A DNA stretch of 64,000 bases. Origin: Octopus bimaculoides (taxonomy: Eukaryota). The stretch is from contig NC_068991.1 of assembly GCF_001194135.2 (NCBI RefSeq), positions 56,020,871 to 56,084,870 of the forward strand. The letters are read 5' to 3'. Positions within the stretch are counted from its first letter, which is position 1; each line of letters starts with the position of its first letter. Under the pieces are notes generated by a model. It was not told where the DNA came from and ran no database searches. It saw only the letters and a program-made list of their open reading frames with translations. Made by a program: the position numbers and the translations under genes. This document shows positions 25,001 through 39,664 of this stretch, one piece after another.

Positions 25001-28000
25001 TATTCAATTCTTACATATATTGTGCTGATATAACAAAGAAATTTTGTAATTCTTTTTTCTAACATACACTATTACACCTGTTGAATTTGTATCTGATTAA
25101 GGATTTTTTTATGCTTTCATTCCATATACATAATACCTGTTGGTTGGTTATATCTCTTGTAAATTAATCCCTTTTCAAGTTACAAAGGATCCATTGAGAC
25201 ATTAGTGTTAAATAGATTTCAGCATTGATAAGACACTAGTATATTATGGCTTTTCTTTTTGTGCCCCAGTATTTCATTAGCAATATAGACATGAAATATT
25301 GCAAATTCTTTTAAACATAATAATTTGTTGGATCATTTTGGATTTGTTTGTGAGTCATATTAGTTGTGTTATATTATAATAATTTTGTTTTGTTTCTTTC
25401 TTTGTACAGTTTGGTAGTCAGTTAGACCTGCTTGGCCATGAAAGGAGGTACTCCAGTCCCGTGTCATTGCCTCAGTCAAAGGATGATAGTTATATTCTTT
25501 CATCGTCAAGCTCTTCATTATCTCTTGCTGCAACAGCTTATCCAATGAATGACTCTGATAGCGCTATCTATATATCTCAACTTCCACAGCGCTCAGCTTC
25601 TCGATCAATGTTGACTGGCTCAGCTATGGCTCTTCCACCCCCCTTAACTACAACGGGACATTATCCTTCAGGACTGGCACAGCATGCAGTGTGTGCATAT
25701 GCAACAGATGCTTCTAATTTGGAAGATGCACTTAATTGTTTAAGTGTATCACTTGAAGATGTACGTGGCCGATACCAAGAATTACAGAAAATTGAGGAAT
25801 TGGTTGATGTTTTACGATGCTTATTAAAGGTAGGCCAACTTCTAAATACAGTATTTTTTTATTATTTTCATTTCTGTGTTGATGCTGTAAAATTTCTAGC
25901 AGAACAGCAAAGAACCAGAGCTTTAGCTCTACCATGTTTATTGGAGTTGCAAACAGTATGAGAAATTTTAAGTGAATGCTATGGACTGCTCAAATAGTTT
26001 AATAGTTGATAGTCTTGAACAACACTTAAGCAAAATCCACACAGTTGCTACTCTATACTACACTTTACAATCTCTGATGATCTCTCAAAGTGACCCAGTT
26101 AGCATTGCTAAAACTGAATCACAATAACTAAGTTATCTCATTAGAGCCAGAAAATACTTCATCTTTGAATAGTTGCTTGAATAAGACTCACGTTGGAGCA
26201 CTTCGTAACCACTTTATCAAGGCTCATTTGTCCCAGGCTCACCCACCTTTCTCTGCTTGTGACCCTTATTTTGCCTAATTTCCCAGAGTCTGCACTAAAC
26301 TTTTCACTCCCTTGCCTACCACATTTTCTCTACAGACATTGCTGTGCATATATACATATATAAACATATTACAAGAATTCTTTTACGAGAGATTTTCAGT
26401 AAACCCTATGCAGCTGTTTCTTTCCACTTATTTACAAGAGTGTAGACATAGGCACCTACTCAACTCTCCCTGTTCCTGATCCAGCAAAATGCTGAATAAC
26501 CAGTATATCAATCTCATCTATCTGGGAGGACCAGCAAATATCTGATATTGTTCTTTGCCCTCTATCTTGTTAAAAATAATAATTGCTGTTATCTATGTCC
26601 CAATTAGTGTCTAAATTTGAACTAATGATTATCCAAATTATGTGATTTGTTTGCCCATAAATTTATCAGCTATACTGTATGTTGAATATGACAAAAAAAC
26701 ANNNNNNNNNNNNNNNNNNNNNNNNNNNNNNNNNNNNNNNNNNNNNNNNNNNNNNNNNNNNNNNNNNNNNNNNNNNNNNNNNNNNNNNNNNNNNNNNNNN
26801 NNNNNNNNNNNNNNNNNNNNNNNNNNNNNNNNNNNNNNNNNNNNNNNNNNNNNNNNNNNNNNNNNNNNNNNNNNNNNNNNNNNNNNNNNNNNNNNNNNNN
26901 NNNNNNNNNNNNNNNNNNNNNNNNNNNNNNNNNNNNNNNNNNNNNNNNNNNNNNNNNNNNNNNNNNNNNNNNNNNNNNNNNNNNNNNNNNNNNNNNNNNN
27001 NNNNNNNNNNNNNNNNNNNNNNNNNNNNNNNNNNNNNNNNNNNNNNNNNNNNNNNNNNNNNNNNNNNNNNNNNNNNNNNNNNNNNNNNNNNNNNNNNNNN
27101 NNNNNNNNNNNNNNNNNNNNNNNNNNNNNNNNNNNNNNNNNNNNNNNNNNNNNNNNNNNNNNNNNNNNNNNNNNNNNNNNNNNNNNNNNNNNNNNNNNNN
27201 NNNNNNNNNNNNNNNNNNNNNNNNNNNNNNNNNNNNNNNNNNNNNNNNNNNNNNNNNNNNNNNNNNNNNNNNNNNNNNNNNNNNNNNNNNNNNNNNNNNN
27301 NNNNNNNNNNNNNNNNNNNNNNNNNNNNNNNNNNNNNNNNNNNNNNNNNNNNNNNNNNNNNNNNNNNNNNNNNNNNNNNNNNNNNNNNNNNNNNNNNNNN
27401 NNNNNNNNNNNNNNNNNNNNNNNNNNNNNNNNNNNNNNNNNNNNNNNNNNNNNNNNNNTTGAAAAAGAAATCATTATTTATCATGGCTTTTAGTTAATCT
27501 TTCTAAGAACTGCAATTTCATATTTCAAAGATTCAACTTTATATCCTTTATTTCAGTATTCAATTAATAATTCACAGTGAACACTTTGACAGAACATAAA
27601 CTTCATATATATAAACTTCAGAATATAAACTTCAAATATAAAGCAATTTAGAGTTAATACTTCTTTAATTTATTATCAATGATCTGCTACCTTGCAAAAT
27701 TCCATAGTCTAAGGCTGTGGTCATAGGTGCACAGTAAAAGACACAACCTCAGCCCCCTGTCTTTCTTGGTGATCTTGGATCCTGATTAATCTGGTATGTT
27801 GAGTTGAGCTATTAGCTTCTCTGTAAGTGAATCTTTTGCTCTTTGACAGATTTTCAACCATGAAATGCAGAGAGTGGTTTAATGAGGCAAGTTGTACTGG
27901 GTTATATGGTAACAGTAGCAGCTAAAACCTGACCTGAATTACAATACCATTAAAATACTGTTTATGTTATCTGAATATGAACTGAGAAACTCTGGGGGAT

Positions 28001-29204
28001 CTAATTTGAGTTTTCAGAAGGAGATTAGTATCCAATACTTGATTGGTTCTTTATGAAAATCTCAGGAATGAGGAAGTGGCAATCATATAAGGAGACACCT
28101 TCTTGAAACAGTTATACAGCTGTCCATGTTGTATGTTGATACTCCCACCCTTAGTTTCTTACCTCATTGTAAAGCAAATAATGATTTCTAAGTTTGGCAC
28201 GAGGATAGAGATTTGTAAGGAAAAAGATCTATATCTCATTGAGGATCTCTCTTGGAGAAAGGATATTCTTAGTGTAGCTGTGATGCATCCTGAAGAGTAA
28301 CTCTTCCCTTTTGGTCCAGAAGATAATTCAGCCCCTACAACTACTGATGTTCAACAAGATTTATGCAAGGCCCACAGTGGAGTGTTGTTTCATTATTTGG
28401 AGCAGTACTCTGTTGTAGAGTTCTCAAATTTTGATCAGTGCCACTGCTATATGCTCTAATATACTGCATTGCCCACCAGAAAAGATCAGTGAGCTGATTG
28501 ACACTTCATCACTAACAGAATTATTGCTAAGACTGCTTTACAAAGAACTAAGATACCTTTTTAGTGACAGAAAATACTTTAACCTTGATTGGTTGCTAAC
28601 CTTCTATAAAGCTCAAATAAGATTCACATTGAAGCACTGTATAATTATTCTATCAGAGCTCACTTGTTGCAGGCTCACTCATCTTTCTCTGCCTGTGACC
28701 CTTTGTGTGTCTAATTTCTCAGAAACTACTCTAAACCACATACACGCTGTCACCCCTTGCTGTTTTTTCTCTTTACTATTATGATTACTTCTGCCCTTTA
28801 GGGCTGGCTGGTCTTGTACCGACCACTGTTCATACACCTCCCAATCCACTCATCGCTCTACCTTTTTTTACTGTTAGTGTGTCCAACCTCACCCCTTTTC
28901 CCTGCATTGACTGTTATGCCAAATCCTTAATTCTCCAGAACATTGTCCATCTGGAATCTTCTTCCTGCTTATGTATTTCCTTCAAATATTGACCTGCAGC
29001 AGTTCTAGCAGAACATTAAACCGGATCAATCTCAATGGTGTCAGAGGTTCTGTTAGGGTCAAGGGCTCTGTCTCTCCTTGCAAACTCAACAAGCAAAAGA
29101 TAAAATGTTAAAAAACAAAAGACTTGAACTTAGAACATAAGGAGACATATCTAAACACTGCTGGGCTTTCACTGTCATTTCTGCTTCTCCACAAAACATA
29201 CACA

Positions 29205-29282
<78 letters not shown>

Positions 29283-30868
29283 AGAAGAAGAAAAAACCTG
29301 AAATGTTACAGGTTGTATCAAACAGATTTTTAGGATATTTGTATATATTTTTGCTGTGATTTGTTGCTTTTTGTGTTACTTTTAAATTGGAGGTTCTGTT
29401 TATTAATTAAGCTTATAATGATCATTTCCTCTTTGCAGAAGCATTCCAGATCTAGTTCTTGTTCTTCTAATATAAGTGTCTCAATTGAACATGCCTTGGA
29501 AGCTTTTGACTTTCTCAATACAGAGGACATTGTTGATGATGTAGATAGCTCACCTAGGTTAGTTTGCTTTTTTTTTTTAATTTATATTGTTGTTGCTTGT
29601 TTATTGAAGTGCAAATATATTTGACACTCTCATGCATTTACATATTTTTAAAAGTTTGCACACACTCACTCATATTTATACCCATGCATATACATATCTA
29701 CATTTGTGTGCATGCACCTATATATAAATATTTAGATTTCATATCAATTTTATGTGTTATTTAGAAATGTAATGCTTGTTTTTCTTGTGACTAATTGAGT
29801 GCAGTTATGACTTTGTTATTACACTATGTATAATACTGGTTAAAATTATACATAATAAGTCATTAATTAGATAGGATGTTGAGTTATTAGTAGGATACAA
29901 ATCTATCACATTTCCTTGAGAAATCTTTTACCTCTCAACTAAATAGGTTACAATTTCTCTCATTGACCATTATGGAGATAATGTGAATTACTATAATGTC
30001 CAGTATTGTTATTAAGTTGTTATTTTGATGAATTTTTTTTGTTTCTTTATCATTTTAGTGAGAGCAGAAGATCAAGCCTAGATCACATTCTAACCAGTCC
30101 AGAATCTACTGCCAAAACAACAGATTCTGGAATCGAATCTTTAGCTAAGAGATTATGTGAAGACACCCAACTGAGTTCAAGCACAAATTCCAGTCCACTT
30201 CCTCCAAGTTCAGGCAATGAACATGTGGACCAAGCTCTTATCTTCCATCTTAATTACTGTAACAAATTAATTGAGGTCAGTTTACATCAGCTTGTTTTTT
30301 TTCTTCATAACCTATGGTGGGTGGTTACATAAAATTTACTTGTTCACATAAACTGTTTGAGCTAATCTTGTGTAACATGTCTTCACTAGTAACTTGTGAT
30401 CTTAGTTATTACATATTTTCTTAGTACTTAGATGTGGTAATGGGTAGCTCAAAGGCTGAGCTACTCAGCCTATATTCCTTTGTGTTGTGTGTAATGGTGT
30501 ATAGAAACAGAAATATTTAATCTTTGAAGGAAAATTTCAAAATAATTCCATCAACTTATTTATGAAATACAAAATAATTTATATTTGATTAATCTGTTGT
30601 TGTTGTTGTTTTTGGGGTGGTGTTTAGGCTGTGTTTGTCTCTCTTTGTGCATTTATCTGTGTTTATGCACATGTATGTATGCACTAAAACTTAAGTGTAC
30701 TCAGAAATTTCATCAATTTTATTTTAAGTAGACTTCAAGTTTGTAGGTCAAATGAAACCTTAGACAATTAGTTCAATATTTTTTAATTTATTTCCTGTTT
30801 TATATTCAATGACTCACTTTTCAACAAAGAATTTATACACATACATCCACTTCCATTTCACTCTCACA

Positions 30869-30922
<54 letters not shown>

Positions 30923-32671
30923 GGAAAATATTAAAACTATATGTAAATAATTTTTTATGTCAGCATACATCAATTAATCCAGCAATGTTAAGCTTGTAAA
31001 ATTTGTTTTCTGACATAGGCAAAGTGCTTCCGATTTATTTGGTAAAGGAAGGAGAGTTAAATAGTGTGACTTTCATGTTTCTCTAGAGTATTTGCAAGTA
31101 GAATTGTTGCAGTTAAGAATTTCAGTCAAATTATTGAGTTGGTTCACCAGAGTTTTGTAATTGACTCTGTCATTAAAATTACAGATATTTGGAAACCTAC
31201 ATTAATAAATATAAATTTATGTTCTTTTCTCTTTTTGAATTTGTATTTCATTGAATGATAATACATAAAATTTTACTTGTGAACTATTTTGTAACAATAT
31301 TTGCAATGTAAACAGTTGCTTAATTGTTGTATGTTAATCTAAGTTGATAATTAGTCTTAATGGCCTCTGTGTTATTCAGTATTTGTCTGTTTACCAATGT
31401 TGCACCTGATAGTTATCATACCATTTTGTGATGTTATGGTAACCACAGTTATTGGGTCAAGGTATTTCACTTAAGTTAATCAATGGTTGTTCTTTTGTAT
31501 TTCTCACATCTGCTGTAATGACCAGTGAACATAGCTTCATTGTTCTTGTCATTGTTTTGACTAAAGTTGGTGAATATATTCTAGCTTAATTACTATTTAT
31601 ATAAACCATTGTTGTTGAAGATAATAATATGAATAATAACTTCTTATATTAATATAACCAACAATTTTAAGGAGATATAATTGATTTTATTAATCAACTC
31701 TGTTACAAGGCTTGCATTTGTTTATTTTGCCCACAGAAGAAAAGAACAAGGTTGACATTGTTGGAATTGAACTCATGATAAAAATGAACATAACATCTGC
31801 CCTTTTAATGACGTTTTGATAATAATAATAATAATTATTAATTACATTTCAGAAATGTTACCCTTTATCATCCAACTTATTTTATAATCTCTTTCTGTAA
31901 TTAGATAGAAATTTGCTTACAGAGAATGTTCCTGAGTTCAGTTAATATATCAGTACAAAAAATATATTATTTCCTTTGAATGTGTCTAGATTTTTCTGTG
32001 GAATTATGCCTAAGAATCTAGTGTTAATGAATAGATGAAATAAAATAGTGCATTTAAAACTTCTTATGAACATTTTCAAGGAAAATTTTTTGAGCAGAAT
32101 TTTTTAAAAATCCAGTTTTCATCTGCATGTGTATCCATAGAGTTGATGTGTATTTGTTTCTCCCTTCAGTCTTATGTATTGAGGGTTGGCAAACGTACTG
32201 GGATGACAGTTCTATTAGTTAATCCCCTTATATGAGAAAAGTTGTTGAAAAAGTATAGTAGCCAAGGTAAGAGCAAGTTGGAAAAATTTCACGGAGCTGA
32301 TATCTTTGTTAGCAACAATAGTCTTTTCTGTCGGAATGAAGGGTATGATACTAGCGTTAGAACTGTGATAGTGCATGGTAGTGTGACACGGGCCTTGAAT
32401 TTATAAGACTTTTGAAAACTAGAAAGAAACAAGGCAAGTGTACTCTGATGGATGTGTAATGCTAATATGCATAAATGCTAGAGTACAAATGAGCTGAGAG
32501 AAAAACTAGGGATCAGGTGTAATAATATATAACAGGGCATCCAGCTGTAGAAACACTGCCAAATCAGATTGGAGCCTGGTGTAGCCATCTGGTTTCACCA
32601 GTCCTCAGTCAAATCGTCCAACCCATGCTAGCATGGAAAGCGGACGTTAAACGACGACGACAATACGTACA

Positions 32672-32711
<40 letters not shown>

Positions 32712-33155
32712 GCCTNNNNNNNNNNNNNNNNNNNNNNNNNNNNNNNNNNNNNNNNNNNNNNNNNNNNNNNNNNNNNNNNNNNNNNNNNNNNNNNNNNNNN
32801 NNNNNNNNNNNNNNNNNNNNNNNNNNNNNNNNNNNNNNNNNNNNNNNNNNNNNNNNNNNNNNNNNNNNNNNNNNNNNNNNNNNNNNNNNNNNNNNNNNNN
32901 NNNNNNNNNNNNNNNNNNNNNNNNNNNNNNNNNNNNNNNNNNNNNNNNNNNNNNNNNNNNNNNNNNNNNNNNNNNNNNNNNNNNNNNNNNNNNNNNNNNN
33001 NNNNNNNNNNNNNNNNNNNNNNNNNNNNNNNNNNNCAGGGCATCCAGCTGTAGAAACACTGCCAAATCAGATTGGAGCCTGGTGTAGCCATCTGGTTTCA
33101 CCAGTCCTCAGTCAAATCGTCCAACCCATGCTAGCATGGAAGGCAGACGTTAAAC

Positions 33156-33187
<32 letters not shown>

Positions 33188-33858
33188 GAAGAGGCTACAC
33201 TGATTATAAGCATGTGATATATCTGGAGGATGATTGCTGCATAAAGAAGTGTTAAAGCGCTTCAAGTTACTGGAAATTGCAGAAGGGGACCAAGTAAGAC
33301 TTGGGATGAAGTTTTGAAGGCTGTTCTAGAGATGCTGCATCTCATGGAAGAAATAACTGAAAACCATGAGTGATCTGTGGTGCTGCTGAAGACTTGACCA
33401 TTCATGACAAAGTGCACTCTGGTGCAAGGGTAGTGTTTAGAGACTGAGATATTTTGTGCCTTGCCAAGCCTATATGTTCCTTCACCTTGCATCCTTAACC
33501 CCCTTTCTCACATCTACCTAATACCTGCCTCCCTCTTTTTACATATTTGCTTCTCACTTTCCTTTATTGTTGTTGTTTGTTCCTTCTTGAGCCATGCCTG
33601 GCTCATAAGAGCCAGTTTCCGAGTTTCATTGGCTTATAGGTTCCCACCTGGATGGGACGCCAGTCTGTCACAGGTGAGCTGCAGGAGGAAAGAATGAAAG
33701 AAAGTTGTGGTAAAGGAGTTAGCAGAGGTTTGCCATTATCTTCTGCTGGAGTTTTGCTCATAAACATGCACAGTTCCTGATCTGAGATTCAAACCCGCGA
33801 TCTCTCGACCACGAGTCCGCTGCTCTAACCACTAGACTATGTGCCTCCACCTCTCCTT

Positions 33859-33903
<45 letters not shown>

Positions 33904-36339
33904 CATAAGATACTGTATTGGATCACCCTCATTGCCATACCCATTACACTAACACCTCCCTGTTGTGTTACAAGCCAGCACTCTGTCTCTCTGTTGAGTC
34001 ACCTCCATTGTTATCCATCACGTATTGCTTTTATCTCATCACCCACCCTTACCTTTGTTCACCACAAACCTTGCCTGTCTTTCTCCTCTTGATTCTACCC
34101 CCAAATATCCCTTACTCTTGCTTCTTCCACCTTCCCACTCATGCTGGTCCTTCTAATGTCATTACTCTTTCTTTCTCTCTCCCACCATTTCCCCTCCTCA
34201 GTCACCTGAGTAAATGTACACACCCTAGTTTGTTCAGTATCCTGTACACTTATACTCCTATTCTCCTTCTCAACCCTAATGCTGCACTCCCTCAGGTGAA
34301 TGGTGAGCAAGACTACTTCTCTTACAAAAAAATACTAGTAAAGTGGTTTGCAAACAATTAGAGAAAGTTTAGGATTGTGAGTCCTGTTCCTGAGGACTAT
34401 TCAACCATTCTAGTGTTGGTGCCATAAGAAAATGAATTCAGTACACTTTGTAAAGTAGTTGATGAGAGGAAGGTCATCCAGCTGTAGAAACCAATCCAAA
34501 TTATCTGTTTGAGCATCCTCCCAATAAGAAATGGCTCAGTTCATAATGACTCATCCAACCCATGCCAGCTTGCAAAGTGAATATAAAATGATGAGATTTA
34601 GAATTAAAGTTGCTGTCTTTTCTTCATATTTTTTGTTAGTTTCAATAAATTATTTTCTCTCTCATAAATTATTCAGTATGTTATTAAAAGAAATGATTGT
34701 AAATAGTTAATTAGGTTAAGATTTTTGAAAATATATATTCTTAAGTTTGATAAAATAAAACATTTTACTACAATGTAATATCTATTTACAAGATATGTAA
34801 GATATAATTGGATCAATTTATTCATTATGTGTCTTCATCAAAATTGTAATCCTTTCGGAAATAGAAGTGGCAATTCAAAGACAAGGTCCTTTTTTAATTA
34901 TAAATATAATTTAATCAGTGAACTGAACACATGTTTGTCTAGAAATTAATTCACAGTGCTGTCACACATGTATTTTGTTATTAAGTACAGTGATTGTTTT
35001 TGCTACTTCTTCTTCAAATCAGTATTGTCCATACGAGTGCAGTACTTAAAGCTTAATAGCAAATAAGGAGATGCAATTAATTTTTGGATATGATTGATTG
35101 TCCAGTTTAGATGTGTTGGAGAGAGAGAGAGAGAGATGCTATTGAAATAAACTCATTTAGAATATTTTCCATAAACCAATTTATTGTATTTAATCAGGAA
35201 AATAATTTAGAGAAAAATTTAGATGTTTAAGTTCTTGAAGGTTAATTCAAAATTAATATTTTTTTAATATAGTTTAGCTTCTTTTTCTTTTAACCTTCTT
35301 CCTTTTTCTTAATATCCTCTTGTACTCACATTTTTGTTCTCACTCTCTCTTTTTACTCCCCTCTCATTTTCTTCTCTATTAATGTATTTCTTTACAAAAT
35401 CTGCAATTTCTGATTTGTTCAATCTGTTACATGACTCTTTTTTAAAACCTTTTTTCTTGTTTTTTTTTCAGAATTTGGGTAGTTTTGGGCCTTTGAAATG
35501 CAAGGAAATATATGCATTAGATAAACTTCAAAAGCAATCTCAAATTCTTGAAAATTTAATACATCTTGCTAAAGCTGGGAGTGAAATTGACTTACATTCT
35601 GGTAAATAATCTTCAGTAACATAAATATCAATTAATATAAATTGAAATGATTTAATGTGACAAATTTGAAATATATATAATGGTCAAGAAAAAAGAAAAA
35701 ACAAAACTGTGTGAAATGATATAAGAGAGTAGAGGTTTGATCATTCATCTTGTTGATTGTGGTTAGAAAACATGTGAGAAAAGTATTGTTGATGATATGA
35801 TAGTGATAAGGTTATTATTGACTTAAAAGTTTAACTATGTTCGTTAACTGAGTCTCAATTCACATATTCTTCCAAGTTACATGAAAACACTTGACTAATT
35901 GTAGTGTTATGTTTCTCTCATCAGGTTGTGTGCATGTGATCTTATATGCTTGGTTGGTTGCTTAAGGTGTTTTGAATCTGTAAACATTGATTTCTAGAAA
36001 TGTCAATGAAGCAAATGTTTGAAAAAGTGATATAATAATAATTCTTTCTAATTTTGGTACAAGTCCAGCAAATTTTAGGGGAGGGAGCAAGTTGATTACA
36101 TTGACTCCAGTTCTTGACTGGTACTTTATTTTATTGACCTCGAAAGGATGAAGATAAAGTCAACCTCAGTGGAATTTCTACTCCTCATTGTCACTGCTCA
36201 CACTTTCAGTTATATCTAAACTTCTCTTAACTTACATGTGCCCTAGCTCACTGGGTGTTGACCTCGCAAGTGATTGTAACAAACACGCAGATTAAAAGAA
36301 AAATAATAGATAATATTAAAGAACAAAGTAACCTTGAGA

Positions 36340-36383
<44 letters not shown>

Positions 36384-38094
36384 AACATGGACAAGAGTGG
36401 AGAAAGTGACCTCTGTAATTGATGATTACACCATACATCACCAATGATCATTTCTATTGTGCCAGCATGTTTAGATGTAGAAAAAAGGTACAAAATACGA
36501 TGAACAATAATATTACTTCTGCTGTTGTTATTACTGCCACCTATTACAATAACTACTACTATTAAATAGTTGCAGGCATGGACCTGTGATTAAGAATTTC
36601 ACTTTGCAACCGTGCTGATCCCAGTTAATTCTATTTGAATTTATTGGTATCTGATTGTTTGATGTAATTAACCAAGTTTGCTGAAAAGGAATGATGACAC
36701 CTGGCTGGAGAGGTGATGATGCAGCAATGGACTGGAGGTCGAATACTGGTTAGTTGAAACAGTAGGTGGAGGTGCTCACATCAGGGTGGGGGTGGAAAGA
36801 AATGCACTGTAAAGATATTGAAAGGAAGGCCATGAAAGTGTGCATTCTCTCCTGATGACCCCTGAAACTTTTCTGGCATCTGCTATGCAGAGTTTTCAAC
36901 TGTCTGCACTTGCACTAGCAAGCTGTTTCCAGATCTTTGAGTGCTTTCTAGATATCTGCCTGAATGTATTAATCCCTTTTACTTCTTATTTCATGTATAT
37001 ATATATATATATATATATATNNNNNNNNNNNNNNNNNNNNNNNNNNNNNNNNNNNNNNNNNNNNNNNNNNNNNNNNNNNNNNNNNNNNNNNNNNNNNNNN
37101 NNNNNNNNNNNNNNNNNNNNNNNNNNNNNNNNNNNNNNNNNNNCACAATAAATGTTCATATAGCACAAAGAGCAAAGACGAAGACAAAATAAACTAGTAA
37201 AAATAACTGGATAATTCCAGTTATTTTTACTAGTTTATTTTGTCTTCGTCTTCGCTCTTTGTGCTATATGAACATTTATTGTGGTTTAGAGTCAAGATTT
37301 GACTGCTATTTTTCAGTGTGGCAGTATCTCTTAGATACCCTATATTATAATTTATATATATATATATATATATATTTACATATGATAGGCTTTAGCACTG
37401 TTTCTGTCAAACAAGACATCAGTCAAACTAAGCCTATTATAGAAAACATTTGCCCAAGATGGCATGTAGTGTGATCAAACCTAATCAGCATGGTTGCAAA
37501 GTGAAATTCTGAATTACAGGTCCTTACCTGCACCTATTTAATAGTAGTAGCTGTTGTAATAGGTGGTTGTAGTAACAACATGTCCCTCTTATATGCTCTG
37601 ATATACTGGATATACAAGTAACAGTAAGTTCCTGGACATACATTATATTATAATTTTTCACCTGATTTTCCTCCACATTTGTACGGTGTGATTTGGTGTC
37701 ACAATGTCTCACTACTTATCATTATTGTTTGTCATATGGTGCACACTCACTGCAACAAGAATAACAAGGGGTCATTTCTACCTTTTACCACTTCCATTCA
37801 TTTTTCTCTGTTTTTTTGGTATTCTAATTTCATTATTGTAATGATATGGCTTTGTATGTCTTGAGTATTTGAAATTTATTAAATTCTTTTCCTCTGTCTA
37901 TGTCTTCTGCCAGTTTTAGGTGAACATCTTAATGATAAACAGTTGAAGGAGTTCTGGGTACAGTGCGTTGATAGAAATGTTCTGGTGGTCCCTGCTGAGA
38001 AGCTCATTACTATGATGGAGCAGAAATTATTGCATCGCTTCCAAGAACCCTGTGATGTCAAACCTACCCGAGGTAACCTGTCTGTCTGTCTCTT

Positions 38095-38142
<48 letters not shown>

Positions 38143-39633
38143 ATGTTATTGGTTGCCTTTTACCTTTTCTTTCTTTCTTCTTTCTTAATCTTTTTCAATA
38201 TAAGATCAAGTGACATTTCCAAAATTTTGGAATTTAGTAGTTTCTAGTAGGGTTAATTTTATGATCAGTTAATTTGGTAAAATAAAAAGAATACCAATGC
38301 AGAACAGTAAAACTAGTACTTATTAGAACTAAGTGAATCCAATTTTGAAGACCAAACAGACTGACTGGGGACAATGAGATTTACCTAAATGAAATATCTA
38401 CCTCATTAATTTTGGATATATTGCTTGGAAACCAGTAAGAGTTAGCAACAGGAAGAGCATTTAATTGATGTCATACACACGACATCAACTGATGGTCCCA
38501 ATTGCTCTTTAGCCAACTCCTCAGTGAGTTAAATTTAGTATAGAGCAGTTAATTAGAGAAAGATATTGTATTTTGCCTTAGAGCTTTGTGTAAGCTAAAT
38601 TTATAAATTTTGTTCCTTCAATAAACAGTGTTCAACATGATAAAAAAAATTTAAACAATAACACTTCCTCATACTACAACTACTAATTTTATTCCCCATT
38701 TTATTTTATTGCTTAACATGCTCTTATACAATAATAATCTCTTATTTATGGAAGATTGGTCATATTTCTGTATGTGATGGTGATTAGTTGTTGATATTGA
38801 TAGGAAACTAAACTAATCATTGTCAATATAACAACCTGTACATAAAGCAGATATATCACAGAAAGCTCAATTAACTGTAGTATTCATCTTGATATAATAT
38901 CTATATCTCTTATACATGTACAGTATTAACACAATAACACTGTATGTTTATAAGAGATTGTCTCAGAACAAATACTGCAGTTAATTTGGGTTTCTGAGGT
39001 GTATTTGCATTAAGTATGATACATAGCTTGCTATTTTAAACTAATATTGTTTCTGTTGCACATAAGAAATTTTTAATATAACTAAATGTGTATTTTTTTT
39101 CTTTAAATTTTCAGTATTTTGTCATTTGGTTAGTCGTATTCTTGACATCTCTGATGCTGAGCTGAAAATGACCCAGAACCTCTATATCACACTTTTCCAA
39201 TTTTCACTGTTCTTTAGAAATGAAGGATTTACTCTTGTTGACAAAATTATTGAAGAAAGTAAGTAAAATTTCTGATCACTGCATTTTCATGATTGATTTC
39301 ATGGTGTATTTAGCTACAAACTTGTTGGTTGAGAGTTTGAATCCACAGCAAGCATGTCTGTTTTCTTTGGCAAAACACTTACCTTTATGGACCTCATTTC
39401 ATTTAACTATCCAGTGGTATGCACCTGACTTTTTCATAAAGGTCAATAGGATTGTTTATCCATAATGGATTACAAAAGGTCAAACAACTATTTCTTATTA
39501 CTCTCTTTGTGCAATATCTTTTATCTTTTACTTGTTTTATTTGGACTATGGTCATGCTGGGGCACCACCTTGAAGGGTTCATTTAGACAAATCAACCCCA
39601 GTACCAATCTTTTTAAGTTTGGTACTTACTCTC

Positions 39634-39664
<31 letters not shown>

